A stretch of 62,984 nt of DNA, counting the filler, from Octopus bimaculoides (taxonomy: Eukaryota), in NCBI RefSeq assembly GCF_001194135.2. It is 5 parts of 4 records of this genome, joined end to end, with 100 filler letters (N's around TTAATTAATTAA, not from the genome) between each part and the next. Parts side by side here need not be neighbours in the genome. Positions count along the whole stretch, not along the records: positions 1 to 26,107 come from NC_068994.1; positions 26,208 to 43,781 come from NC_069004.1; 3 more parts are not named here. One strand, 5' to 3'. Below, in pieces: positions 24,699 through 37,166 of this stretch; positions within the stretch are counted from its first letter, which is position 1; each line of letters opens with the position of its first letter. The notes beneath the pieces are model-generated. The model saw nothing but the letters and a program-made list of their open reading frames with translations. It did not search any database and had not been told where the DNA came from. The position numbers were made by a program, and so were the translations under genes.

Positions 24699-25675
24699 TG
24701 TCAACGAGCACGGTTATTTATGGCCGTAGGAACGTGAACTCTGACCTTCTCCGGTCATCGAAAGTTTAAAAAGAGATAGAAACTGTGAGTAAACTAACCC
24801 AGCTTTGGAGGGGGGAACGCAGCACTGTTAGATACGGTATGTCTATCTTTCTGGCTGATTACCTGACATAAATACAGGAGCGTAAATTTATAAGCGGTCA
24901 GTGGGTGAAGAACGGCAGTCGGTGTAAAGGCCAGCAGTCGGTGAAGAAGCCGGATGGACAGAGCGGTCGGTGATAGAGACGGAAAGAAAGAGGCTGAGAG
25001 AGAAAGAGGCTATTGACAGAAGGTACCAGTGAGCGAAATGGATAGAGTCAGTGAGAGAGAGGGACAGACAGAGGGAACTGTTGTGGCGAAGTGATGTAGT
25101 GGCAGATTGTAGTGGGAGACTGCGTTGGTCAGAATAAGTAATTTGTTACGGTAAATGTTTGCTTGAATTTTTAAAGAAAATGTTTTTGTGAAGAAAAGAA
25201 AGAAAAAGAAAAAAATAACTCTTGTTAACTGTGCTGTTAAAAGAAAGGAAAAGAAAAGAAAAGAAAAGCAAAAGAAGCAAAAGAACTTTGTAAATGACTC
25301 TTGAGAAACGAACTTTGTAATGTGAAATGATTGAAAACCTTTGTGATGTAAAATGATTGAAAAACTTTGTGATGTTAGATAGTTGAAAAGAAAAGGAACT
25401 TTGTAATGTTAAATATTTGGAAACTTTGTAATGTTAAATATTTGGAAACTTTGTTAAATGTGTTATTTTAAAAGCAAGAATTATTGTTATTGAATGTTTT
25501 GTTTTGTTTTGAAATAAAAATTAGTTTGACTACGCAACGTATGGTCTGTGTTATTTCTTTTTGTTGTTATCGTTTCGTGCTTCACGGGCTTACGTGGACA
25601 TCCTGATTCACTGAGCGTTCGTCGTCGCGCGCGCGGTGTTTTCTCATCGAAGGTCCTGCACGGGCGTTCGTAACA
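24699..25675 (+). mobile_element. LTR of a Gypsy-type element (3' end firm at CGTAACA; 5' end either ~24699 or the TGTTACG at 25144)
   Basis: Ends CGTAACA two nt before a PBS. TGTTACG at 25144 is a perfect 7-bp terminal inverted repeat. Contains a ~25-bp tandem repeat (AACTTTGTAATGTTAAATATTTGGA) at ~25290-25455. Confidence 0.65.
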
Positions 25676-25677
25676 AC

Positions 25678-25696
25678 TGGTGTCAGAAGTGGGATT
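25678..25696 (+). promoter_or_regulatory. Primer binding site complementary to the 3' end of tRNA-Leu
   Basis: TGGTGTCAGAAGTGGGATT is the reverse complement of AATCCCACTTCTGACACCA, the tRNA-Leu(CAA)-type 3' end as recalled. Confidence 0.8.
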
Positions 25697-25724
25697 AATT
25701 TGCTGCAGTGAGTCGATTTCCGCT

Positions 25725-26107
25725 ATGGCTTCGGAAGGAGCGCGTACGAAGGGCCAGGCAAGGAAGGAAGAAATATCCCTGGCCATAATTGTGTGAATGT
25801 TAGAGGAACAGAAGCAGAGCTTTACTGAACTCATGAAAGAGCAACAGCGGTTGCAGGAAGATCACCGGCAGTTTAAGGAGGAGTTTCGTGGAATGAGTGG
25901 CGATGTTGCATGGTGCAAGCAGCAGATGGACAGGCTGGACAAGTGACTGGAGTGCGTAGAGAGATTTTATGCTGGCGATCCTGGGGTTGCTAAACCCGAA
26001 GTAGTTGCTGTTGCTGCGTCATCTCGTAATGCTCCGACGTCTGAGCCCGGATCTCCTAGAGTTCAAAGTAGCAGTGCAGTCCCCATTAGGAAGAAGCCAC
26101 AGGAGTT
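25725..26107 (+). pseudogene. gag N-terminus of the LTR element (two in-frame stops), cut by a gap
   Basis: MASEGARTKGQARKEE...coiled-coil-like segment...PIRKKPQE, 29 nt downstream of the PBS. Confidence 0.65.
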
Positions 26108-26322
26108 NNNNNNNNNNNNNNNNNNNNNNNNNNNNNNNNNNNNNNNNNNNNTTAATTAATTAANNNNNNNNNNNNNNNNNNNNNNNNNNNNNNNNNNNNN
26201 NNNNNNNACATATAGAAAAATTAATAATTATACTCATTTATTGTGCTTTTAATTATTAATTTTTCTATATGTGATAGTGGATTTTCATCGATGAGTTCTT
26301 GAAAATTGGTTATTTTCCCTAA

Positions 26323-26356
<34 letters not shown>

Positions 26357-27056
26357 CCACGCAGTGGGAGTGAACCCGGAATCATGTAGTTGGTAAGCAA
26401 GATACTTACCATACAGCCACTCACGTATATACGTGTATACGTATGTATATATCTAGGTGTATATATGTGTGTGGGTGTGTGTGTATATATATGTATGTAT
26501 GTATATGTGTGTGTATATATGCATGTATATGCATATATATGCATATATATATCTATATCTATCTATCTATCTATATATATATATATATAAACAAAGTGTC
26601 CGCCCAACTGTTTTTTTTATATTTACCAGCTGACTAAATATGACGTTGGCTGCGTTTTCCTAGAGCATGAACGTTGCTTAGGTGTTTGGTCGCTCGTTCA
26701 TTGTTCGGGTTTTCATCCACGTCACAAAGCTGTCTTCCCTTAACTGCAAGTAGGGATATCATATCGCGTAGTTTTGAAACGTGAACAATTAGTCAAAAAC
26801 TAAACATATTATCTTTTATCTTTCACTTGTTTCAGTCACTGAACTGCGGCCATGCTGGAGCACCGCCTTGAAGACTGCAGGCGAAGAATTCGAGCCCAGT
26901 ACCTACTTTAAAGTCTGGTACTTAATCTATGAGTTGTTTTTTTTTTCTCTACTTCGTTTCTTCTTTCCCGTATTTACTGAGGGTTCGGAATTTCCTCCTT
27001 TACTCCTTTGTCATCATTTTGGGGTATCTGAGCTAGGTAGCCCCTTTTGCTATCAT

Positions 27057-27585
27057 TCCTAGGGCACTTATGACAACAGGAATTGTTTCAGTCTTGAGGT
27101 TTCACATTTTGCCAATTTCTATTTCAAGATCTTTATACTTGCTCAGTTTTTGGTAGGTCTTGATAGATATATTTATATCGATTGGGGCAGTCATATCAGT
27201 AAGGAGGCCTGATTTTTGTCTGAAGTCTTTCAGCATAATGTCTGGCCTATTCGCATCTGTCTGTCTGTTAGTTTGAACGGTGAAGATCCAAAGGAGTAAG
27301 ATGTGAATATTTTGAAGCAGTGGAGGGAGGTGGTTTGTGTTCCCACCAGTTCTTATCTTGGGGCAAGTCCAGGTTTTTGCAAATTAGCCAGTGAATGTAT
27401 TGTGCTGCTCTATCATGCCTGTTGAGATACTCTGTAGGCGCAAGAAGACTGCACATAAAGACATGATCAATGCTTTCATTTTGTTGTTAACATACACGAC
27501 ATATTGGGCAGCCGCCGTTCTTTAATATGTTGGCCTAGTATTTCCTTATAGGTAGGCATTCATCTCGGGATGCTATGATAAACCC

Positions 27586-27587
<2 letters not shown>
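27057..27587 (-). mobile_element. R4/Dong-type LINE 3' fragment (CCHC + RLE), same family as 50660-52722
   Basis: CSLLAPTEYLNRHDRAAQYIHW, RPDIMLKDFRQK...IDMTAPID. Nucleotide match to ~51893-52400. Confidence 0.88.
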
Positions 27588-28002
<415 letters not shown>

Positions 28003-28859
28003 CAGATCAGTAGATGGGAGAATCGGTAGAGGTTCAAAGAAAATATTTTGTGATTTTTAATTTTTTATTTTGAGATCTTTTTTATTCAAAGAAAATATTT
28101 TGTGGCATTTCTTCCGGTAGTCAAGTGAGCTTTTGCGTTTCTTCTGGATCTAGTTTTTTTTTCATTCGCAAAATATGCATTTTTTAAAAGACAGTTAAAA
28201 ATCAGAAAATCGGCTATAATAATGTAGCCTACCAGTCTCATTGCTTTGAAGGTATAATGTTGTGGAGACAAAAATTGGAGAAAAAAGCTACAGAGGTTTA
28301 AAAATCGGAAAAACACTGTATTTTTAGCCAATAGCGAGACAGAAATTTTCTGCGTTTATCGGAGCGGTGTCAACTTTAAAGTTGTACTCTGTGAAATTTA
28401 GAGTTTAGATTCTGTGACATAACCTGTTCATTGTAGGTTTCTAAATAAACAGAAATACCTAATAAAATCAACATGTATCATCTTACTGTATCTTTTGTCT
28501 TTTCATTGATTGTATGTTTTTTAATTTTTATTTGTTTGTTTGTTATATTAATATATTTGTCTGCATGTGTTTACTTTATGCATATTTCAGTATTAAGTTT
28601 ACCTGTCATGAATTTGTGTACATCATTAATATATAAGTGCATGTGGATGTATGTATTCATATATAAGTTTGAGGAAGACTATATCCTTCTTTCCTTCCTT
28701 CCTTCCTTCCAGGTGTTGATGAAATTGATACCAGTAATATACTGTCGACTCCAAAACTGTATAAAATTCCATGTTAAGTTAGCTGGAGGAATAACAAAAA
28801 GTGAATAAGGAACGAGGAGGGGGAGTTAAGAATATATAATATGTAAAACACTATCACCA

Positions 28860-29223
28860 TCCCCGCCACCGTCACCGACGCCCCCCCCCCCACCGCCATC
28901 ACTATCACCGCACCTTCATCCTCGTCGTCTTCGTCATCGCCATCATCATCATCATCATCATCATCATTACTATCATCGTGATCATGATTATCATCACCAC
29001 CACCACCACCACCACCACCACCACCACCATCATCACCATCATCACCCCTAACATCAGCATCATGGTAACCAACTTCATCGCCCCTACCGACAGAGTTACT
29101 ATAGTCACCACCCCAGCATCATCACCACCATCGTCGTCATTTTCATCAGCATCATTATTACTGTCAAAGACATCACCGGAATAAAGGAGAAAGACAGACG
29201 GACAGACAGACAGACTGACAGAC

Positions 29224-29282
<59 letters not shown>

Positions 29283-30077
29283 CAGATAGGCAGACAGAAG
29301 ATAGATAGATAGATAGATAGATAGATAAATGCATATATACATATCGATATAGACAGAGCGTGAGAAACACAGTGAAAGAATGTGTGTGCGTGTGTTTATG
29401 CGTGTATGTGTGTAGATGTGTGTGGGGAAAGAGAGAAAAAGAGAGAAAGGTAAAGAGAGAAAGAGAGAAAGATTGACTGACTGACTGGCAGACAGACAAA
29501 GCAAACACTGGGAGATATCACTGTGTTGGAGTGAGAGATGGGGTAGGAGGAGGAGAAAGATGAGAAAGCGAGAGGGGGAGGTAGAAAAGTGGAGAGGGAG
29601 AAAGGAAGAAAAGAGGGGAGAGAGAGAGAGAGAGTTGAAGAAATGTGTTGTGTGTGTGTGTGTGTGTGTGTGTGTTGGCGTGCAGTTAGTGTGTAGGTGT
29701 TCGCAGTGAGCGCAAACGGGTGTATATGTATGCATTTGTATATGTATGCGTGTGTGTGTATATGTATGTGTATGAATGCATATGTGCGTGTATGCTGGGG
29801 TATGTGTGTGAGTATGTATATATGTTCGTATGTATGTGCTATGTATAAATGAACGTATGTGCGTGTGTATGCTTGTATGTGTATGTGTAACTATGTATGT
29901 ATGTGTATGTATATGTATGTATGTGCGTAGCATGCATGTATAAATGAAAGTATTCGTCTACGTGTGTGCGTGCGTGTGTTTGTGTGTGTGTGTGTGTGTG
30001 TGCGTGTGTGCGTGTGTGTGTGTGTGTGCCTTGGTGTGTGTGTGAGTGCCTTGGTGTGTGTGTGTTAGTGCCTTGGT
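28860..30077. repeat. Compound microsatellite tract (CAT/CAC, GATA, GA, TG, TATG)
   Basis: Directly visible. Long ORFs across it are low-complexity artefacts. Confidence 0.95.
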
Positions 30078-30995
30078 NNNNNNNNNNNNNNNNNNNNNNN
30101 NNNNNNNNNNNNNNNNNNNNNNNNNNNNNNNNNNNNNNNNNNNNNNNNNNNNNNNNNNNNNNNNNNNNNNNNNNNNNNNNNNNNNNNNNNNNNNNNNNNN
30201 NNNNNNNNNNNNNNNNNNNNNNNNNNNNNNNNNNNNNNNNNNNNNNNNNNNNNNNNNNNNNNNNNNNNNNNNNNNNNNNNNNNNNNNNNNNNNNNNNNNN
30301 NNNNNNNNNNNNNNNNNNNNNNNNNNNNNNNNNNNNNNNNNNNNNNNNNNNNNNNNNNNNNNNNNNNNNNNNNNNNNNNNNNNNNNNNNNNNNNNNNNNN
30401 NNNNNNNNNNNNNNNNNNNNNNNNNNNNNNNNNNNNNNNNNNNNNNNNNNNNNNNNNNNNNNNNNNNNNNNNNNNNNNNNNNNNNNNNNNNNNNNNNNNN
30501 NNNNNNNNNNNNNNNNNNNNNNNNNNNNNNNNNNNNNNNNNNNNNNNNNNNNNNNNNNNNNNNNNNNNNNNNNNNNNNNNNNNNNNNNNNNNNNNNNNNN
30601 NNNNNNNNNNNNNNNNNNNNNNNNNNNNNNNNNNNNNNNNNNNNNNNNNNNNNNNNNNNNNNNNNNNNNNNNNNNNNNNNNNNNNNNNNNNNNNNNNNNN
30701 NNNNNNNNNNNNNNNNNNNNNNNNNNNNNNNNNNNNNNNNNNNNNNNNNNNNNNNNNNNNNNNNNNNNNNNNNNNNNNNNNNNNNNNNNNNNNNNNNNNN
30801 NNNNNNNNNNNNNNNNNNNNNNNNNNNNNNNNNNNNNNNNNNNNNNNNNNNNNNNNNNNNNNNNNNNNNNNNNNNNNNNNNNNNNNNNNNNNNNNNNNNN
30901 NNNNNNNNNNNNNNNNNNNNNNNNNNNNNNNNNNNNNNNNNNNNNNNNNNNNNNNNNNNNNNNNNNNNNNNNNNNNNNNNNNNNNCCCCCCCCCG

Positions 30996-31027
<32 letters not shown>

Positions 31028-31113
31028 CTGTCTATGTTTCTCGTTCTCTTTCTCTTTCCCATCTATCATTGTATCTCCTTGTCTAACAATATATCTATCA
31101 GTCTATCTGCCTA

Positions 31114-31201
<88 letters not shown>

Positions 31202-31296
31202 CATCTATCTAGATATATGTATGTACGTACGTATGTATGTATGCATGCATTCATACATATATGTATGCATGTATGCAGGCACATATGTATGCACCA

Positions 31297-31360
<64 letters not shown>

Positions 31361-31369
31361 GTCTATCTA

Positions 31370-31405
<36 letters not shown>

Positions 31406-31483
31406 AGTTTGTATGTATGTATGTATGTATGTATGTATGTATGTATCTATNNNNNNNNNNNNNNNNNNNNNNNNNNNNNNNNN

Positions 31484-31514
<31 letters not shown>

Positions 31515-32878
31515 TACCGCAGTTGTGACTGGAAGTTTAGCCACTTGACTTCGAAATCGTGAGGTCTTGCGTTGTGATATTTTCTTCTGCCATCGGCCCG
31601 GTTGGACTAAAGCCTTATTTTATTTATTTACGGGGACGTAAACAAAACAACATGGGTTGCCAAGCCATAGGTAGGGGGTACAAACACACACACACACACA
31701 TATATATATATATTATTTATATTATTATACATTTATATTATTATCGAACGATACGCATCCTTTTCCAAATAAGTTTTATCTATCTATTTATATATATATA
31801 TGTGTGTATATATACAAGAATTAGGGAATGGAGTAGATAAAATGCAGGCCACACGTGTTTCATAGCAAGCAGAACCTCGGAAGTAGTAATTATCCAAACG
31901 ATGAGGGAGACCGATAGTTATTCCTCTGTCCGAAGGATATTTTGTTTACATGAAGTTTACATTGTCGTTAGGAGAGCCCGTGTTAATTCGCGTAGGGTTC
32001 GATCAAAATGCTATATATATATGCATATATGTTTGTGCGTGTTTGTGCATACATGTGTGTGTGTGTGTGTGTGTTTTGTCCCTCACGACCGCTTGACAGC
32101 AGGTATTGGTGTGTTTACGTCCCCGTAACCTAGCAGATCGGCAAAGAGACTGATTCATTCGACTAAAAATTCTTCAAGGCGGTGCTCCAATATGGCCGCA
32201 ATCTAATGGCTGAAAGAAAAGATACAAAATATCAGATAGATAGATAGATACATTTCTTTTATTAGCCACACAGGGCTCAACGAAGATGGGACAAATACAA
32301 TGTAGAGCTTTTCTTTTTGGGAGGGGGAAGGAAAAAAAAAATANNNNNNNNNNNNNNNNNNNNNNNNNNNNNNNNNNNNNNNNNNNNNNNNNNNNNNNNN
32401 NNNNNNNNNNNNNNNNNNNNNNNNNNNNNNNNNNNNNNNNNNNNNNNNNNNNNNNNNNNNNNNNNNNNNNNNNNNNNNNNNNNNNNNNNNNNNNNNNNNN
32501 NNNNNNNNNNNNNNNNNNNNNNNNNNNNNNNNNNNNNNNNNNNNNNNNNNNNNNNNNNNNNNNNNNNNNNNNNNNNNNNNNNNNNNNNNNNNNNNNNNNN
32601 NNNNNNNNNNNNNNNNNNNNNNNNNNNNNNNNNNNNNNNNNNNNNNNNNNNNNNNNNNNNNNNNNNNNNNNNNNNNNNNNNNNNNNNNNNNNNAGGGGAT
32701 TAAGGTACATTTTAAAAATAACGTCGACCACTAACGTGGACAATTAATGCGCTAGAAATAGATCACATTTTGTGTCTATTAAGACCTAAAAAGTTCTGAA
32801 CATGAAATATAGCAGCATACCAAAAACGTGAGCTGGCAAGACATTTAAAATCACCTAAAAAAAAAAATCATTATTAAA

Positions 32879-32937
32879 CAGGAACCAGGTTTCGGATTTA
32901 ACAAATTCTTACCATTTGTCTATTCCTCATCAGCCTG
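32879..32937 (-). ncRNA. Type I hammerhead ribozyme, complete core
   Basis: Minus strand CAGG-CTGATGA-GGA-[27 nt with ACAAAT/ATTTGT pairing]-TCC-GAAAC-CTG-GT-T-CCTG. Confidence 0.82.
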
Positions 32938-33139
32938 ATTTGTAATGTAGCAGCAATTATCAGAATCGTATGTATAGTTGCCCACCGCCATGGGTGTGCG
33001 TGCATATGGTTCTGCTAATTACAGCTTAATGGTAAAGTTCAAAAGTCTTCGTTTTGGCGCGCTAATTCCAGGAATATATCCGCAGAAACTAGATTTATAT
33101 GTATGTACGATGAACTTCCATATAATTTACATGTACTAA

Positions 33140-33283
33140 ATTCCCTCACAAGGCATCGGTCGGTCAGTGGGGCTATAGTAGCAAGCACTTCCCCAAGGTG
33201 ACGCGAAGTGGGACTGAACCTACCCGAACTTGAAACCATGTAATTGTGAAGCGAGCTTCTTAACTCCACAGCCATGCCTGCGT
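33140..33283 (-). mobile_element. tRNA-headed SINE fragment (family with CACTT..CCCAAGGTG core)
   Basis: GCACTTCCCCAAGGTGACGCGAAGTGGGACTGAACC...CTTCTTAACTCCACAGCCATGCC. Related pieces at ~26355-26420 and ~34480-34545. Confidence 0.6.
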
Positions 33284-33284
33284 C

Positions 33285-33860
33285 TTGAGAGTGAAACTAG
33301 GTAGGCAATTTGTATTTGAAAAGATCCATCCATGTCTCATATACGGTCATCTTGATTCTGTCAAACGGGTACGAGTGTCTAACAAGGGTAACAGGGTCTG
33401 TGGTATGCTCAAGCGGTTAAGCCACTTCCGGAAATTTGGGTCTCTTTATCAAAGGGTCTGCTGGACCAAACCCTTGAGAGTGAAGCTGGGTAAGCATTCT
33501 GTTATTGAAAAATTCCAGTGATGCCATGTACGCGGTTATATTGATTCTGCCTAATGGGTACAGGTGTCTGTTAAGGGTACAAGTGTCAGTGAAGTGCTCA
33601 GCCACTTACATGACGAATCAAGATGGATACACCCGTAATTCAAAGGGCCAATCTAGTCACATACCCAGGGTGTCGCTGATTCTTCCAGAATGTTACATTA
33701 AAGATACAAATATTTTGTCGAATACTTAATACTATAATTCAAGTTGCACTGTATGTACCCGTAATTTGAAGAATCAGCCCTGTCAATATACAGGGTCATG
33801 TTGATTCTACCCTAAGATTACGTTAAGGGTATCTTTAACGGTGTCAGTGAGATACTTAAC
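33285..33860 (+). repeat. Degenerate tandem repeat (~190-bp unit x2 plus partial units)
   Basis: CTTGAGAGTGAA..GGTA.GCA...TTGATTCTG...GGGTAC..GTGTC...AGCCACTT recurs at ~33286 and ~33474, with partial copies after 33640. Confidence 0.6.
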
Positions 33861-34364
33861 CACATAGACTGTAACACAATGCACAAGTAATTGGATTAAT
33901 AAAATGACTGACGCATGGTCTAGAAATGAGAGGTGGCGGGATTATAGTTGGAAAACCTGAATCTGGTGATCCGGGGACTTGATAACAGCGACATAGGTAT
34001 ATGCGTGCAAACACCTGTGCAACACGGCATTCATTTCTTTCTCTTTCTCTCTCCTCCTCTCTGTCTGTCTGTCTGTCTGTCTCTCTATATATATTTGTAT
34101 ATATATGTATATTGATGTATAATAATAATATTAGGGACAAAATGTATGTATGTATGTATGTATCTATATGTGTGTGTGTGTGTGTACGTACATATATATA
34201 TATATATATGGGAGAATATACAAATAATAACAACAGACGAGGACAGGTGGTGTAAATAACAAAAGTATATATTAGTATGACGCTCGGGAATACGGAAAGT
34301 CTTTGAAGTTTCGAGCTACGCTCTTCAACAGAAAGAATACGGAGACAAGGAGAAAAACACGGAG

Positions 34365-34395
<31 letters not shown>

Positions 34396-34696
34396 TATGT
34401 ACGTATGATATATGTACGTATCTCTTCTCTCTTTTGATCTCCACCTCTCTCCCTTACATACATACATGCATACTTGGGCAAGTGTCTTCAAATATAGACA
34501 CGGGCTGACCAAAGTTTTATGAGTCGATTTGGTAGACGGAAACCNNNNNNNNNNNNNNNNNNNNNNNNNNNNNNNNNNNNNNNNNNNNNNNNNNNNNNNN
34601 NNNNNNNNNNNNNNNNNNNNNNNNNNNNNNNNNNNNNNNNNNNNNNNNNNNNNNNNNNNNNNNNNNNNNNNNNNNNNNNNNNNNNNNNNNNNNNNN

Positions 34697-34777
<81 letters not shown>

Positions 34778-35089
34778 ATATATATATATATGTAATATGT
34801 ATAAATACGAATGTATGTATATATATCTATCTATCTATCTGTGCACACACATGTTCACATGCAAACATTGCACACTCTCAAACATTCAAACGCAACCACA
34901 AATGCACGACCAGACATTTCCCAAATCCCTTTGCATGTTGTAACACAAATTTCTATCTATTAAAGAACATTGATAAAGATGGCTTGAATAATATTCAGAG
35001 ATGCTTTATCTCATGCAGAAAACCACTTAAAGATTTTGTTAGCTTTTCTCATGAAAGCTATCATAAATTTGGAAACCCATCGTTATGAG

Positions 35090-36700
35090 CTGGTATATCA
35101 GGGTTGTAATTGTTTCTTTCCTAAGCCTGTATGCTCCGCCTGTTTGGACAGCAAGGAGTGAACTAGCTCTCACCTGCCAGAAGGCACTTTATGTAGATCT
35201 TTTGCCAACTACAACCACTTTGATCTGGTCTCAGCTATGTCCTTGTAGGCGACTTGTTTCAATTATTTGAGCTCCAAAACAATCTTTTCTTGGAAATAGA
35301 GCGCCGATCTTACTGGGAAACCACAAACAAACTATCAACTTCAATAAGAATGAGTGCTATTCTTTAACAAGAGCCTCGTCAATTAGGTCCCTATATTTGG
35401 TTTCGAATTTAAAGTTAATCGGGTTTGGCAAGGGGTCAGCTACTGTACATAGATGGAAGAGAGCAAAAATATTTTCCCTTAGTCAGTACTCCAAATTTTC
35501 TCCAAGACAGTAGTCAATCAAGTGCGCAATCCTACTGGATCCACTATCTCTGGCAAGCAAGTCCTACTGCCTTTTCACAAAAATCTTTCTCTGTTGAATC
35601 TCATATCTTCTACTCTTTTAGCCCCCACTTCTTACCCCCGACATTGACATTTCTCCAACTCTTGGCACTCTAGTTACCAAGCTCTAGTCATTATTAACAA
35701 AGAACTCCAGCAATCCCCCAGTTTTCGCTGTTAGTTTCCACTTCTTTCAGTTTCCTGGAGCCTCCACTTCCTGATACTCTTTATGTTCTTGTTGGCACGT
35801 CTCTTTTATCCTCAGCTGGTCGCAGTGCGTTAACTGCTCTTAGTGGCTTTGAATTTTTTCACAGCTGGTGAACTCAGTAAGTAGAGCTTAGAGGTGTTGT
35901 ACAGGTTTACTAAACTGAAAATTAGGAGAACACCCAGGCGTATATTCTACACAATTTCTCTATTGTCTCTGAGTCGGTGCAAATTCATAAAGCAGGAATG
36001 GCCACTGTAGTTTAGTTATGACGCCGTACAGGAAAGCCCACACCTGAAGCCTTCCGATCAAGTTGTTTAGTAAAGTCTTCGTGTCTTTGGGATTACAGAT
36101 TCCCTTCAGGGTACTGACATTACCATTCCCGAAGCATCGATCGGGTTCCTTATTTATGATTTTTGGGAATCTGAGACCCTTTGGATGCTGTAGATGTTAT
36201 TTGTCAGCTTCCTTTTAAAGATGCTCTAACTCCAAGATTTCTCTGGGTTGAATTTCATACGTGACCATGAAGCTCTCTTTTCCAGTGAGCTCAAGGTCCA
36301 CCGTGTTCTTTTGATTCATGGTGTCATGACTCTAATATCATCCATGAAGGACTTTCTGACTAAATACTTTGTATTGTCATCAGTTTCTGGTTCCCTTGAC
36401 TTCTACGCCGTCCATTTCTAGTAGGATGTTCATGGCAAGCGCAAACAGGACCACAGATACACTTGCCATAATGAACTTTTCACAGCTGTCATGTGGAGGT
36501 GAAACTTCTACAATGAGTCCCTAAGCGACACATAGAATTTTACTACTGCTGTGGATACTTACTCCAATGCAGTTTTGATTAGTTGATGGGTGGGACACAC
36601 TTGGGTAGGCTTTGGAGCGATCTAACCATTACTGCTGAAAGCATGTTTATATTCCTCTTTGCCTCCTCAGTGAAGTGGCTGGTAACTGACGTATATAGAG
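35090..36700 (-). mobile_element. Decayed HERO-like (R2-superfamily, RLE-type) non-LTR retrotransposon
   Basis: Minus-strand translation gives WLDRSKAYPSVSHQLIKTALE, SVVLFALAMNILLE, GRLQVWAFLYGVITKLQWPFLLYE, DPLPNPIN and IAETRSKWL, in the order expected for HERO-clade ORFs. Confidence 0.72.
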
Positions 36701-37166
36701 TTCCCCCACCGCTACAAAAAAAAAAAGCATACTCACTTTAAGAAAGGAAAAGTCTGTATAAATAGTACCCTTATAAATAGTACCCTTATAAATATAAATA
36801 GTACCCTTATAAATATAAATACTTCTTTCAAATTGTGATAACTCTGAATAAATTTCAATAACACTGAATTAAAATATCTATACAGATTTTTCCTCTCCTG
36901 AAGTGTGGATACATTTTTATGGCAGACTCTGTATTCAAAGTACCAAGAGCAGTCTGGGACCCATTCATTTTGGACACTCGTGTCAACGTATTCATTGGCC
37001 TGGATTTATGTTGTTCATATTTTGACAAAGATGGATAAGAGGATTTCTTCTTCGACAATGTAGTAGGGAATTAGTAATAATGGTGCACCCATTTCACGTG
37101 ACGAATGGAATAACCTAGTCACTATAAGTAAAGAGAAATACGTGAAGTTCCGGAATACGTAGTAGG

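Noticed and set aside
25290-25455. ~25-bp repeats that superficially resemble a CRISPR array
   Set aside because: Head-to-tail units without unique spacers, inside a eukaryotic LTR. No cas genes.
26151-26163. TTAATTAATTAA islands inside N runs (also ~43827, ~49489, ~61047)
   Set aside because: Identical 12-mer with stops in all frames, flanked by Ns on both sides. Most likely a scaffolding linker, not biology.
28905-31528. Long ORFs of 300-520 aa across microsatellites and N gaps, and the many similar HTHT/YIYI/CVCV ORFs elsewhere
   Set aside because: Open only because simple repeats and Ns lack stop codons.
36900-37000. Minus-strand ANEYVDTSVQNEW, faintly like prominin VLDTPYLLNEDW
   Set aside because: No polypyrimidine tract or convincing donor, and the similarity is too short.
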